Assembly (NCBI GenBank): GCA_048013815.1
Contig: CM106586.1
Location: 12,152,001-12,216,000, forward strand
Length of the DNA stretch: 64,000 nt
Source of the DNA: Setoptus koraiensis
Taxonomy: Eukaryota > Animalia > Arthropoda
Direction of reading: 5' to 3'
The position numbers were made by a program, and so were the translations under genes. Numbering within the stretch: the first letter of the stretch is position 1; every line of letters begins with the position of its first letter. The notes beneath the pieces were generated by a model that saw only the letters and a program-made list of their open reading frames with translations, ran no database searches and was not told where the DNA came from. Of the stretch, positions 1-33,783 are shown piece after piece.

Positions 1-567
1 GTAAGAGGCTGAGGGATTTCCTTTAGTCTCTTTGAGTGAGGCTTCTATCGCTTTGATAATGTCTTCCTCTTCCTGATCACTTGTAACAACATTTGGATCT
101 TTTGGAATAATTGGTTTCATTGGATCATGATAAGTAAAGTCGACGCCCTCACTTTTCAATCTGTTATAGTATGAAGGAATGAGGGCCAGTTGTGGATCGG
201 ATTTGAATTCGTTCTCCGTCCATTTCTTCAATAGAATTTTGAATTTTTCAACAACTTTTGGATGGCCTTTAGCTAGTAGTTTTCTAGATTCCGTTTCGAA
301 TTCTCTCGATGCTACTTCCAAGTGAAATTTCTTACCACAGTTACTGACACATGCGTCCAATAATATCAAGGATTGTAAGGCAACATTGGAGTGATTGTGC
401 AAAATTCTTTTCATGATTGATCTGAAGCAATCAACACATCGTAATTGTGAACTATTGATGTAATCACAACATTCTAAGACAGATTGCCAATCCTCAGTTG
501 TATTGCTTTCATTAGTTGCCTTCTCAACAAGTTTATCGAAGGGTGATGAGGAGCTGAATATTGGCAT
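1..567 (-). CDS. STAM: Signal transducing adapter molecule (ESCRT-0 STAM), 5' part; runs off the window edge
   Basis: Manual translation from ATG 567: MPIFSSSSPFDKLVEKATNESNTTEDWQSVLECCDYINSS...LLDACVSNCGKKFHLEVASREF...FKSDPQLALIP...DPNVVTSDQEEEDIIKAIEASLKE. VHS domain followed by a UIM, typical of STAM. Absent from the ORF track because the stop lies outside the window. Confidence 0.93.
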   Translation of the reverse strand, partial: MPIFSSSSPFDKLVEKATNESNTTEDWQSVLECCDYINSSQLRCVDCFRSIMKRILHNHSNVALQSLILLDACVSNCGKKFHLEVASREFETESRKLLAKGHPKVVEKFKILLKKWTENEFKSDPQLALIPSYYNRLKSEGVDFTYHDPMKPIIPKDPNVVTSDQEEEDIIKAIEASLKETKGNPSASY

Positions 568-1169
568 TTTATAGATTAGGCGTCAACAGAGGTTCCAACA
601 ATAAAATAGCTAACTAAGTCGATCGAATGACGAATTGATTTGATATTGGTAGTAATGTGAGAAATTTATTATAACTGATGTCAATTCTGAAATATGCCAC
701 TAATAATGAAAACATGCCAACACGTTTGAGAATAATAATGATAATATATTCGATAGGACATCAACGCTGATAGGAGTCAGATTGTTTTGAGCAGTAGATT
801 TTCATGATCAAATAAACAATTGTGTACATTTCATGTGTCATAATAACAATCATGTTCGTCGAAAGCTAAAATAAGCTATGGTGACGAAATAAGCGATCAC
901 CTGATTACTCATTGATTGAGATATTCTTGTGTAAATATACCTGACTAGGAAAAAATTTCGATATCCTCGGCGCGAATTCCAAACAACTACAGGGGAGATT
1001 CATGAATAGTTCATACGTGACTAGCAAGTGGGTATATTCATATTGAATCATAAAGCCTTTTGAATATTCCGCTCAGAACGGTCAGAATTTTTCGAAAATT
1101 TTCATTAGTTGATTTTACAGCGATTGATTTATCAAGCTCTAAACAATCAATATACATATCAGTGTCAAA

Positions 1170-1672
1170 ATGATCAATATTAGTACAAATACCCAGATAG
1201 GCCTGGGTTTGACGGGTTTCGGTCTCACGTTCATATGTCTGGGTATCCTGTTGATGTTTGATAAGGGACTCTTGGCCATAGGAAATGTGAGTAAATTTTC
1301 TTCTCAGCATATCTGATCTTTCGACTTCGTGAATCTTTGAGCGTAATACTAATCAAAACACCTCACATCAAATATTACACAATATTGCCTAAACTCAACA
1401 TCTCTTTTTAGATTTTGTTCATCGTTGGACTAGTTTTTATAATTGGATTCTGGAAGGCATTTAATTTTTTCTTCCAATGGCAAAAATTGAAGGGGTCTAC
1501 AGCCTTCTTCTTAGGAATGCTTATAGTTATTGCCGGACATCCTGTGATAGGAATTCTTATTGAGGCTTGTGGCTTCTATTTACTATTCAGAGCCTTCATT
1601 CCTACTGTCTTTGATTATTTGAAAAGGCTACTACCCTTTTGGGGCTCCATAAAAAATCGATCAATTGTTTAG
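1170..1672 (+). CDS. GOT1: Vesicle transport protein GOT1 (Got1/Sft2 family), 2 exons, 125 aa
   Basis: Exon 1 1170-1286 ([39 protein letters not shown]); GTGAGT...TTTAG intron 1287-1411 (125 nt); exon 2 1412-1672 ([12 protein letters not shown]...). [10 protein letters not shown](I)LF is the GOT1 signature. Confidence 0.93.
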
Positions 1673-1732
1673 CAACATGATGCTCAAACATAGTAATATA
1701 TAAAGATATTATTTTTACAAACGAATAATTGA

Positions 1733-2125
1733 TTACTTTTGAATAGATATTTTATTTTGAGCCATAAACGCCTGTATTTCTTTTCCTTTTTCAGTCATTT
1801 CTTTGAGTGTGTTCTCCATCATCTTCTCTAATGATTCGCGATTTTGATCGAGGGCAGGTATCACATCCTTGACTTTCTTCTCAATCAAGACACCTCCCTG
1901 TGATCTGAAACATTTGCGTTCTCCGTCGACCTGGAGAAGAGCCTCTTTAACTAGCTTGTTTTCGGCGACATCACTCTCCAGCATGGCTAATCTGTTTGCG
2001 GCCTCTCGTTGTTCCTGCCTGAGCTTGTTGAATTTCCTGGCCACTTGTTCTGTGCTGGCTTGTGAAGCGTCAGTGACCATCTTTACCCCACTAGTACCAC
2101 CCGATCCAGATCCTGAACGATCCAT
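1733..2125 (-). CDS. PFDN2: Prefoldin subunit 2, intronless, 130 aa
   Basis: Coiled-coil FNKLRQEQR...E..LV.EAL..VDGERKCFR..GGVLIE..VKDVIPAL matches the prefoldin beta subunit 2 pattern. Confidence 0.92.
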   Translation of the reverse strand: MDRSGSGSGGTSGVKMVTDASQASTEQVARKFNKLRQEQREAANRLAMLESDVAENKLVKEALLQVDGERKCFRSQGGVLIEKKVKDVIPALDQNRESLEKMMENTLKEMTEKGKEIQAFMAQNKISIQK

Positions 2126-2744
2126 TGTTACTATTCACTCTAAACTAGTCTACTCCGAATCCCTATATCATAGATCAATATAATTTCCCGTGTATGACTA
2201 TCCAATGTTGATGTTCCTTAGATAAATATCTAATCTAACGGCTTAACCAGGCTAGTTGTCATATATGATTATTAGAATTTATGGATTAATATTCTGGATT
2301 CCGACGGAGAGACACCGAAAACATGTTAAATAACAGACATCATGTGGTAAGAAATAAATTTTGATCGAGACGGCATGAACGGCAGAAATCCAAGTTGAGC
2401 GAGCGGTGACCGAGAGGCGTGGCAACAAAAAAGCCGCTAGGCGTGTCAACTCGGGACAACCAAATTCACCAAGTTGTGCCCGTTTTTTAATTCGGCGCAA
2501 AACTTTTTGAAAATAAAAAGTGAAAATGAAACTCAACTTTTCCGTTTTCATATATTTGTATTAGTTACTATTATCTATATCGTAATCATTTATTACAATT
2601 GTATTTGTTCAACTTTAAGTGAAGGCAATCAAGTTATTATTATTATTATTTGTTGTGGAAGTGATGATTATGATGAAGGCTTGAATGTTGTTTGCTCAAC
2701 AGAACAATCGTAATCGTTACAGTTAATATAAAATTTTCTAAAAT

Positions 2745-4057
2745 TTACATTATTTGATGATATCGAAGATTTTGATGATGCTGATCACAATTGATTGAAT
2801 TATGCAACGAGCTCGGTAAAGAGCTACTTGAGTAAGAATGAGATTGAACAGGTTTCAATATGTTAAAATTTTGATGTATAACTTTGAGGCCAAACAAAGA
2901 CATGCAAATAGCTAAAATAATGCTCATTATAGGATCGAAGTACCAAAAGGCCCTGTTGAACGACATGAGTCCTTGTGATACAAGAAGAGACACAGCAAAT
3001 ACCACGGATATCAATGTATTAATGACTGTTTGGATATTTAGCATCAAACCACAACAATGGCGCACGGGATGGAAGAAAGCAAAACAATTAGTTGATTGTG
3101 GTCATTATGTAATAGCTGAGATGTTAGTGAGCACATGCCAATTATAATGATAGGCAACTTACCATCGAGTAGCATTGATTCATCTCGTACAGAACGGTAG
3201 ATTATATATTTCACAAGAGATAATGTGCTACAGGTGGCCAGAGCTATCACTGAAAGATACATCAGACCATTATTCTGGAAAGATAATAATAAGATTATGA
3301 ATTTCATCTAAAGATATACTGAATTGACCAGAGCATTGATTACAACCTTGTGAATGTACAACGTTACGAACCAAAAGAAAAACTTACATTTTCACTCTCG
3401 ATTGCTGATACTATATCGGTGATTGCTTTTATGGCAATTGCAATGGATGATATTTCAAACAATACCCCCAAATAAACACATGCTATTTGTTCTCTGGCAT
3501 GCAAATAAAGTCCACTTAAATCACCATGGTACCTCCAAAGGACGATGATACTAGAAACTATATCGAGCGTGGATTCGGCCTATCCCGTACAAGCATAATG
3601 ATTATCGGATGAATCGATTGATTAGTTAGTCGAAGTCGATAGTATGTACTAGTCGAGTTTGCGTTGTCCTCCAATGATTGTTCATTATTACTTACAGCGA
3701 ATGCGGATGTTGAGGGACTATTGTTTATATAAGCAAGATAAAAAGATACTACGGCTAGAGCCAAATTAACTAAAAGTGATATGACGGTTATTATGATTAT
3801 CTTATTTGATAGATTCTTTGATTTACGATTGATGAATTCACTTGCTATCAGTCTTGAATATTTCAATGGCAACGTTACTAGAGTGGGGAAATATATGAAG
3901 AATGAAAAGATTGCTTAACATATTGATACAAAATAAAAAGAAATATTGGGATAATGGTAATCGGTAATTGGGTATAGTTACGTTCAGCAATGCGTTGCCA
4001 GTCGGAGTCGGATTCTTCGACGTATCTGCCGTCGCCAGAGTATGAAGATGGAGCCAT
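2745..4057 (-). CDS. TMEM163: TMEM163-like (cation efflux-type zinc transporter family), 5 exons, about 280 aa
   Basis: Exons 3982-4057, 3696-3877, 3388-3579, 3163-3274 and 2745-3025 join in frame across GT-AG introns of 104, 116, 113 and 137 nt. Motifs STLDIVSSIIVLWRY, AREQIACVYLGVLF and WYFDPIMSIIL match TMEM163. Confidence 0.82.
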
Positions 4058-7000
4058 GTCTGTTTATCATAGATTTGAGGATGGGTGGACACTTTAACCA
4101 ATTAACAATCGACAACAATTATGCAATGCAGATTGATGAGTGTTTTATAATTTTAATTGTTGACTCAATAAATATAATGAACGATTAATTGATTCGGCCT
4201 TGTCCTTGTTGAATGTATCCACGTTATGTTTGTAGAGGTCGCAATTTTTGAACGAGGACCCAGTCAAATATTCTAAATTAATGTTAATAATAATACAAAA
4301 ATGATGAGAAATTCCCCCGGACGTGTCAGAGAGATCTTTTAGTTTACATAGAGTTTATACTAATAACAAATGCTTTTTCTCTCCTCTCGGAATAAATATA
4401 AATACACCAATCAATACCATAAGATAATCAAAAACAAATCAGCGTTGTAAATAAAATAATGTATTAGTAAGAATTCAACATTTATTCCTGTGTTACATAT
4501 AGTGGAATGACAATGATTTACTAGTCTAATGATATTGTCTCAACAACAACAAAAAAAATCCTAGAAGTGACTACGACAACAAAACGTTCATGCATGATGG
4601 CCATCATAAATCTAAATGAATTATGTGATATTTTTTGTCAACTACTACGCCACGCCACGCGAGCAAGGTGGACGGTGGCAATCTCTAGATTTAACCCCGT
4701 TTTTGGTGGATGATTTATACATCAACAACAGCGGCGATCATAATCAATTTGTTTGAGAAGGTGCCATGTCGTGATCACATTCTGATAATTTATGTGAGCA
4801 CTCAATGTAACATTAATTAACCAGACGCAAAGTAAATATATCGAGTCAGTGATGAATATGCCACCCTCTACTAGACTAGATGTATAACCAACAATGGCGT
4901 GTGAATTTCTCTAAATTTTCAAGCATGTGATCGAACAACAACGAATTAATTTGTTGTATAATCTTAATTTAAACTCACAATCTTACGAGCCGAATCACCC
5001 GAGATCTGAGAAATCATTTCGATAAGTAACAATCGTTCATGTGTAGTATCGCACATGTCAGTCATCACAACAAGTGTCCATTTACATGTACAATATACAG
5101 TTGTGTTTCTAATTATCAGTGTCTATCTATTTACATTGTCTATGTTTGTTTTGTTTACATGGACTGACAATAAAGAATCAGTCAGTCATGATGTCAATCA
5201 AACAGCTATTTCACCGTTTACATTTCGAGAATTTGTGTGTATTAGAACGACGTCTGCCATCTATTTGGCGCCCGTAAAGTAGTGCCATTTAGCTTGTCAT
5301 GTACTCGTTGGAATAGGTTAGTTTGTTTGTTTGTTGACAATGTACAATAGGAATATAACTTGATATGATTGCTTGCAATCAGCGATCAAGCTATTAGCTC
5401 ATAATTAGCTTTGGTTTGATTGCCTTCACTTAAAGTTGAACAACTACAATTGATTATCATCAATCATACAGATGGATCAATATTGTGTGCTTGTCGCTCG
5501 CTCTTCATTTGAGGCTCTCAGCTAAAGACAAATTAAATCATGGGATATGAGGGTGGTGATAGATCTCGAAATTGGCAACATCATCAGCCAGAATACGAAA
5601 ACATTTTGACTAACATGTCGATGATGATGTTCACTCGGTGATAACGTGCTCTTCTCTTTCTTTATAAACACGACTATTGTTACAAACAAACAGCAATACA
5701 TATTAGGCCAAGAGAGCAATAGTTACCATTTTTGACGTGGTTGGTTTGCTTGTAAGCCAACTATACTAGTGACTTTGACAAACTATTTAGTCTAGTAGAC
5801 GGCCGATCTCAATCAAAATACAAACCCGTGATGGTCTAATTGTGTGTGTGATGTAATCAAAATGATATTCATCTAATGCAAGTGATGTTGTTGTTATTGT
5901 TTCTGTCAGATTAATCTGTTCAAACAATTAATATTGGTGACGTCATCAAAATCACTATCCGGTTCGTCAAAGATGTCTTACTCGTAGCCATCAACAAAAA
6001 GACAATTAGTATATAAATGAACGCTGTTGTTGCTATTACTACTCAACGATACAAATCAGATCACAAACACCTCTCGTCAACTTTGCAAACTAATGAATAA
6101 TCTTTGGCTGATACTCGGATATTCAGAAGCTTCTATTCTTCTATTTTTTTTTTTAGTCATCACATTAGTTGATACCACTCTGTGGCTTGTACACAAGTGC
6201 AGCAACTCAAACATAATGATAGCTAACATATTGATAACGAGAAGCGCTAACAAGTGATTAGTTTGTCCACTGCTGTTTTATTTGGATACATAATGAGATT
6301 TGGTTGTTATTTGATTAATAACCCTCAATGATACCGATAACAATTTGATTAGACTTACACTGTCTGGGTGTAACAGTTAATCACTTAATTGTTGTGACGT
6401 CTTTGCTATTTCAATGTCGCTGTTTTTGTTTTGAAAAAACTGAGGAAAAAGGAGCATCTATCGACAAGATCGGATAATCTCTCGATTGACCCGTCACGCA
6501 ATCAGTGGTGGTTGATAATGTCACTCTTTTCCATAACGAGCTGAGATTTTATTCAATATCGCTGAGCACTAGATGGCGCCAAGGAGTTTCCACGACAAAA
6601 TCCAAACTGTCCAACTGGATACTAACCCTATCTCGGTCAATTTTGCACGTGCTCGACCCATTTTCGGTTATATCGAACTTGGTTCTATCAATATAAATTA
6701 AAAGTTGGATGGTCCCCAAACTGGGTTCCGTCAATATATTGTCGACAAGTTCGCAATATGGTCTGCGAGCCAAGAAACGATGGACCTCATTTTCAATTTG
6801 CCGAAATGCACACCAATACGCAATTGTTTACTCGGTTGCCAAATTAATCATTTGATTGGACTTGGACGAAATGATTGTACACTTGTTGAGAAGATGTCCG
6901 ACGATATGATAGTGCATTGCATCATCGGGCCAGTTTGATGGAGTCGATAGCAGAGATAGGAAAACAATCTCTCTGTGTCCCTGCTCCCGAAATGATGCGA

Positions 7001-9232
7001 TGCTTGCGTGCGTTTGACTAAATAAAGCGCAGTTAAATCTAACTGGATAAGTAATTGATTATGTTGTCATATGGTTGAGCCAGTTTCATCCGGAACGAAG
7101 TGATCAGATGAGCAAGATCTCTCTCTCTCTCTCTCTCTCTCTCTGTAGCAGCATCCATGGGAGCAGATGATCCGAGACAAATGATGATTTAGTTATGATA
7201 GTGGAAGCATTAAGGAAAACAACTATTTGTTGAATGAATCGAAACGAATCGATGGGACCATTGTTTGTCACGTACACCATTTTGCGATAGGCAATAGTCA
7301 AGAGAGAGCGAGCGAGTCTTGCAAGCAAAATCATAGCTCAAACCCGATGTCAGTCGATAGTCGCTACTAATGCTTGAGGTGGCCCCAGTGGTTTCGGTGG
7401 TGTGCACCAGGGTCTAACTAAACTAGTGGCAGTAGTAACGTTATCGCTTGACCGATTTCGGTGGTCAAGCAACGCCTATGAGCCACCAATGAAGCGAGCC
7501 ATCATTATGATGATGATGATCGTCATTAGCGAAACATTCATGCGGCGTGTGCCATGTATAATAGCAACTTGGCCCCCGATGCAATTGTCGCCTAGCTAGT
7601 TGGTTGTCATATCCATGCCAGGCATGCAAAGTTGTCTGTGAATTTTGTGGCCGATTCACGCTGGCCAGAGAGAGAGAGAGAGAGAGAGAGAGGCGGCCAA
7701 ACGGCGGCAACTATTCCGCGAGCTCGCATTTCCACCGATAATTATGGCAAACTGCGCGCCGACCGATGATAGTATTATTATGATTATTATTATTATTATT
7801 GGTAAGAACGATTATTTGTAACGCTATCTGGCCCGCAGCAATCATCAACGTTTCCGATGTCGCCAATCTTGTCTACGCGAGGAACGTGACTAAATATTCA
7901 ATGCAATGGCTGAACGAGGTTTCCCTCCGCAAACTGCCGACAACCGACTGCCAATAGCGTCGAATGGGTCGAGCGAGATAACGGGGGCCCAACCAAAGAG
8001 GCGACGCTGCATATTGTCAGCCTTCGGTTACATGGTGATGACGGCGAATGCATGAATAAACAATTTCAGCTCGACATGAAATTCTTACACACATATCGAG
8101 CATAAATAAATAAATACCCTGCCAATGATGACCGACATGGCTTCATTAGTCACGTTATGGGTTATCTCTTTTGTTGTTTTTGCTTTTCGCCAACAATTTT
8201 CCTCTCTATTTATTTTCCTCTTGTGTTTTCATTCAATTTAATCCAGATTTCCAACGAAAAATCGCGACCTTCAAATTGCCTTTTGGGCTCAACAACTACC
8301 GATTGATGCGTGCATATCGTTCGTGGGACGGTTTTTTGATTTCAGGTTGATTTCATCATATTCTAGGAGTTTTTTCAACGAGTTGAAATCGATTCGCTGA
8401 AAACTGTTCAGTACTTGTTCGCCGACCACAACGCTGGCGATAAGCACTAATGAAAGACTGATCGACAATAATAAAGTGGGTCACAGGCAGATACGTTACT
8501 ATAATTACCGCATCAAGGCGGATATCTGAGTGAAACTGTCCGACAAGGCCGCCGCTGAGATGGGTGTAATTTTCGGAAAGAATCTATGAGCGAAAATTTC
8601 CCCCAAATAATTCTCAAATTCACAGCGAATTTTTCGGAGTGCTCACGGATCAGAATACAGAGAAAACGAACTCTTCGAGTAGCGCAAACTTGAAAAATTT
8701 TCAGTTGAGTTACTCGAACTAACAAAATAATAACGAGGCAATGGCTTTCCGTTGATCTTTTCACGAATTTTTTCGATTTCTTCGATTTTTTTTTCTCGTA
8801 AAAAACTCACCTTACACATCATGTGCAGGTGGCTCTAGATTTTTCTACGCTTGTCGTCATTTTTCGGGCCGATTTTTCTCATTTTCTCTATTTTGTCAGT
8901 GTTTACATTTTCCGAGGCTCTAATTCCACCCGAAAATAAGATGAGCACGACGTCGGGGGTCGCAATTCACTAATACACCGAAAAGAAACAAAAAAGAAAG
9001 TTCTAGGGGAAAAAATCAAGAGAAATGATTGCTGCACTGAAGCGAATAATGAAAGCATCATTGCCTAGGCGACAGTGATCCGGTGGGAGAGCTGCGCGAA
9101 CACAATCAAGTTGATTACTTGTTTTAGGGAATCATCTTTTATTATCAAGCCTATTATATAGATATAGGGTATATATAAAGAAATAATTCTAATTCTTTTT
9201 GTAGAAGTTCATTGTCGCTTGTTTATCATTTG

Positions 9233-9234
<2 letters not shown>

Positions 9235-9300
<66 letters not shown>
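9235..9300. repeat. (GT)33 microsatellite
   Basis: Pure dinucleotide run. Confidence 0.95.
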
Positions 9301-9301
<1 letters not shown>

Positions 9302-10084
9302 GTGGAGGCTATCAAATGTCGTGACTGCAGTTTGCGTTTATTTTTGGCATTTTCATTGGTCTTGTATTGTTTTTTATGTGTTCATTTTGTGTTGCTGTTT
9401 ATTATCTGAGACGAGCCGGAATAGAGCGAGCAAAACTGGTGACTCGATATAGACGGCTAAGCGAGCGTTAAGTGCAGCAATGACTTAATTGCAACTATGC
9501 AAACTATGTGTGTCCAATTGTTGTTATTCACCGGGTGTCGCTTGCTGGTGGGCCACGACACAGGGGCCTCCATTAACTTAACTTGCGCCACTTGACCAGT
9601 TGATTAGACAAATGAACGAGCACACAATTTGTGTAATGTTTCATTTATTTAACCTAATAGCAAGACAAATTCGCCGGCCAGCTAATATGGCGATGGTTGT
9701 TTGCGTTGATTGTGTGCCTTATCATTGTTTGATTGCTCCACGTTTGCTGGCCCTTGGTCGTACTCGTCAGAGTGTGTGTGTGTATGTCTGTGTGTAAAGC
9801 AGTGGGGCCGGCCTAACGGGGCCCCACTCGAACTCAATCGCTTTGTGGCGCCAATTTGTCTAACAATGGCTCATTAATAGCCGCCGGCGGAGGTCAATAG
9901 CGGCCTCGGTCGTCTGTCATTCAAGTTACTGGCCAGTTGATGGTTGCCGGCTCGAAGTGTAGGTAATTAGTTATTCCTGTTGTGTGTTCGCTACACGAAA
10001 GCCATAAAGCACCCACATACACGGACTGCGAATAGGCTGCGATTTGCCGAGAGCTGTACACCAAACTCCGCTCGCAACAAACTG

Positions 10085-29586
<19,502 letters not shown>

Positions 29587-30606
29587 TTTCGACTTGTCGT
29601 TGCTCGGGTTGACAAGCGCAACAATTCACCTAACAACGCCGATGCCAAACAACAGTGATGTTGTCATTTACGCAACTTAATGATTATTATTCTGTTGTAT
29701 TATTATTCTGACTGTGTCGATGTAGATTTTTTCGGGTTTGTTTGGTTCTGCTTTAGATTGCTTCGTACTGGATTATATCTGCCCATCAATTACTGACACA
29801 ATTAGTTGATTGCTGCTCAATAGATTTTCTTTGCTAGGTATTTTGTTTGCTGGAGATTTTCAATTAGCATTGATTATAGCATTGTGTGATAACTAGTGGA
29901 ATTTGTTGTGAATAACTTAATTGAATTGCTCACCACAATCAACCGCTGGCCGGAATGTGCAGCCCCTCCTGTGGGCCTTCTCATTTTTTGCCTCACTCAC
30001 TAAACGCGAGATTTTCCCTCTCCTTGGGGCTCTTTGGCTCCGGTGTGGGCCAGGGCGCCCCACACACAACTACCTCTAAAACTACCACTACTACTACTGC
30101 TATTTTTGTGAGGGGCTCGCCTGCAATGGCTGCTTGTTTTGTTTCGTTGGCGTGCCCGTGATGATATCGGCCAAACTACTGATCTCTTTCGTTCGAGCTT
30201 CCTATTTGCGTGCCCGCGTGCGTGTGTGTGTGCGCACGATAAACTTGTGATAAACTGGCTATCCCAAAACTTTGCCAAACTCAGGCAGCCAATCGAGGGG
30301 CTGGAGTTAATTTTGATTGGCTTCTAGTGAAACTCATTAAGAGTTTGTGTTGGTGTGTTTTTGGATGCGCTGTTGTTGTTGCTGTTGTTGTCGCTGTTGT
30401 TGTCGCTGTCGCTGTTGTTGTTGTTGTTGTTGATTTTGTGACCGGTGATGATGCGACGGGAAACAGTTGATAGTTGGGCTGGCCACAACGGCCACAATAC
30501 TTGGCTGCTCTGACAGTGTGATGATAACGGTGGTTGTTGATAACGGCACAAAGTTTCATTATTGATTGTTATTCGCTCATCGAATCATACTTGCCGTTGG
30601 GGCCCC

Positions 30607-30646
30607 ACACACACACACGCACACACACACACTCACAAACACACAC

Positions 30647-30696
<50 letters not shown>
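30607..30696. repeat. (CA)n interrupted microsatellite
   Basis: Read directly; starts immediately after GGGGCCCC. Confidence 0.9.
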
Positions 30697-30698
<2 letters not shown>

Positions 30699-33642
30699 AA
30701 ACACGAGAATATTATTCAAAAATCTCGGCGCCGAAACACTGCCGGTGTATATGTGTGTGTGTGTGTGTGTGTCTCGACGTGTAAATCCACGTCTGGATGG
30801 CGTGCACAAGGTTACGTAACATGTCAGAGTTGTTTCCTTTGAAAGTAACTCTCTATCACTGAACACTAAACTTGGCTAGTGACGTGCAACACGAAATGAT
30901 GAACAAGAGACGCCGGCCCAGAGAATTGGCGGCCCATTCAGTGAAAAAAAAAATCATGCAACAACAACAATGCTCATGTGTACGGCTGAAAATTGAGCAC
31001 GCCTGCGTATAAATGCGACGATCGGCGGCGCCGTTACTCGGCTTACACTCGCGCTCAATCTCGCCCCTCGTTGTGGGGCCAATCGCAGTTGGCGGCTGGC
31101 TGCAACTGGCCGGAAAACACACACAATTTCAACATAAATGCACCTAGTGACACAGACAGTGTCAATGGAGCAAACAAACACTACCTGGTTGGCGCGCGGT
31201 GGCTGTTTTTCGCTAGCCGGCTTGACAGCCGTATAATTAGTGCGAGCTGAAATCTGATGATAAGAACATTCGAAAACATTTCGGGCTTTCGTCCGAAAAC
31301 TTTCTGCCGAAATTTCGCGCTCTATCGAGTTGCAACAGCCGGCCATGCAATGCAACACGAGGGCAGGAGCTAGATTTGTTCGGCAAACCAACACAAATCA
31401 CGCTTTTCGGTGGAAAAAGAAAATAAAAGAAAATACTGGCAAAAGGCGTGCTGAAAAAAAAAATGCCGGCCTCAATAATATGAACACATGGCATGACATC
31501 AGAGAAGGGCGAAAAACAGCAACATTTCGATCAATCGCCGGCATTCAGTGCCTGCAGTGTTCAGTGTTTAATTAAATTAATTGCCGGTCAACTTCTAACC
31601 AGGCTTGCGAGCTAGTTTTTTCAAACCAAAAAATTCCTGCTTTTTTACCTTTTTTTAAGAAATTCAAAATTTTTTAAACCGCTAGCTAGCGAGTGATGGA
31701 CTATTTTTTCCGCTGTCGCCAGCAGCTCATTTGACAATTTCAGAGAGTGAATGACAAATGGTCAGCGATGCAGAGGAGATCATCTAGCGCAAGCTTGCCG
31801 AAAACACTGTCACGGTCGAGGGCGGCACAACGAGTGGCGAAACCGGCGACTGGTCGATCAAAAAATAACAAATCGGGCAATTTTGCATGCGAAACAATCA
31901 ATGAAATAGAAATTTTTCCAGCGGCCATGTTTTTTTTATGCGCAACCCAAAATGTGACATGACGGGGCTTTATTTTTTGGCAGGTGAACACTGGAAGCGC
32001 AAAGAAAGGGGCCCCACATTTTTCCTTTGTGCTTGTGCATCCAGCGAAGGGATACAGTGGCTCAGGAGTACAGTGAGTCGGGAGGACAGCGTCAAGATCT
32101 CCATGGATTTCATAGTATGGAATTGTTGTTTGGCTTTTGCCTGTAAGTTTGCGCTTTTTCTTTTCTCTGCCGTGCGGAACCACCGTTTTGTCCATTGTCC
32201 AACATGGCGTCTTGCTACTGGCAGCTAGGTTAGTTTGCTTTGTTGGCTTTCCAGTATTATCAGACAATATCGGTGCAATTCTCTGTTTGCCGCAAATAAT
32301 TTTTTTCCTCAGTGCTGAGCACTCAACAAACACAACATTCGATACTGACCGACCACTCCAAAGTGACACTCCATGCGACCATCGGAACTGTAAGTGCTGA
32401 TTTTAGCCAATTGAATCAATGTTTAGCGCCTGGTCAATCCATAATCTTATGGATTTCTCGCAATGTATGCGATTGTATTGTTTGTTGCTGTTGCTGGCTT
32501 CTAAATGTATACAAACAAACAACGCACTAGTGCAAATCATCAAGTATTGTCACACAACAAATCTAGGTGGAACCACTGCTAACAAACGAGCGAGCAACAT
32601 TAAAACGGATTCGTGACGAAAAGAATAAGAATACGAAGAACATACAACATGCTTGTGTTTGTGTGACTAAACACGCTCCAGTAGATTCAATATTTATCCA
32701 GAACTCAATATCCCTCTCGCCAGTCAAGCACGGCCGGGTCTGAACAAGTCAAAACTCATCGATAGGCAATAACATATAATAATAACAATAATAATAATAA
32801 CGATGACGACATAACGACAATCCCACAACCTGTCAGAAACAGTAACTACTTATTGATAGAGTAAAGCACAAATAGCGTCTCTCTTTACTCCACTTCTTTA
32901 TTCATTCATGTATATATTTATCTATAGATAATAATATTGAGACATTGGATATTAAGGTGCCCTCTCAAGAGACAGCACGTGCTCGGCAAACAACGCCACG
33001 AATATCCAGTTGTCGCGCCGGACACACTCAGCAAGATAAAGCCCGAAAAGCTTTCAAGGCCCCCCAAAAGTTGGCCTGAATCAAGTTGAGTCTGTTAGTT
33101 TTGGCAAACTTCGCGCAGTTATATCGGTTTGTTCATCCGAGGGTTCAATATCCGACTCACAATCAGCTTGCGGAGCTGGCCAATTGGAAGGCGGCCAAAA
33201 ATATTCTTCCATCATTATTTGATTCGTTGATCAGCCCCACCATCTGGCTCCATTTGTCCATATCTGTGTCTCACTAACCATATCGTCAATGGTGAGCGCT
33301 CAAGACAAACAAATAACACCATTTATCATTATGCCTTCCTATCTTTAAATAAATGGTTACCATGCCAATGGCTTGCATGCACACTGGCCGGCCATGTCGG
33401 GTCGACTTGTCGGATTTTTTATGCGATCGCATCGGGCGCGTCGCTGTCAGAAGGCACACTGAGTGCCTCTTGAATAAAGGTTCGCTCAACAATATGTGTC
33501 TTTTATCCATTTCATCAATTCTCTTTTGTGTCACCTCATGTTTAGGTCGCCTTGGATGTAACTGTGCAAGAACTGTGTAAATGACGTAACATTGTTTACA
33601 GCGCAATCTTAACATCAGTGACCATTAACTATTATCCATTAG

Positions 33643-33783
<141 letters not shown>

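Noticed and set aside
9212-9452. CVCVCV, HTHTHT, ERERER, SLSLSL and poly-L/V ORFs throughout the window
   Set aside because: Translations of microsatellites.
31740-32369. 209-aa minus-strand ORF upstream of the receptor
   Set aside because: Non-ATG start, no domain features, atypical composition; probably chance.
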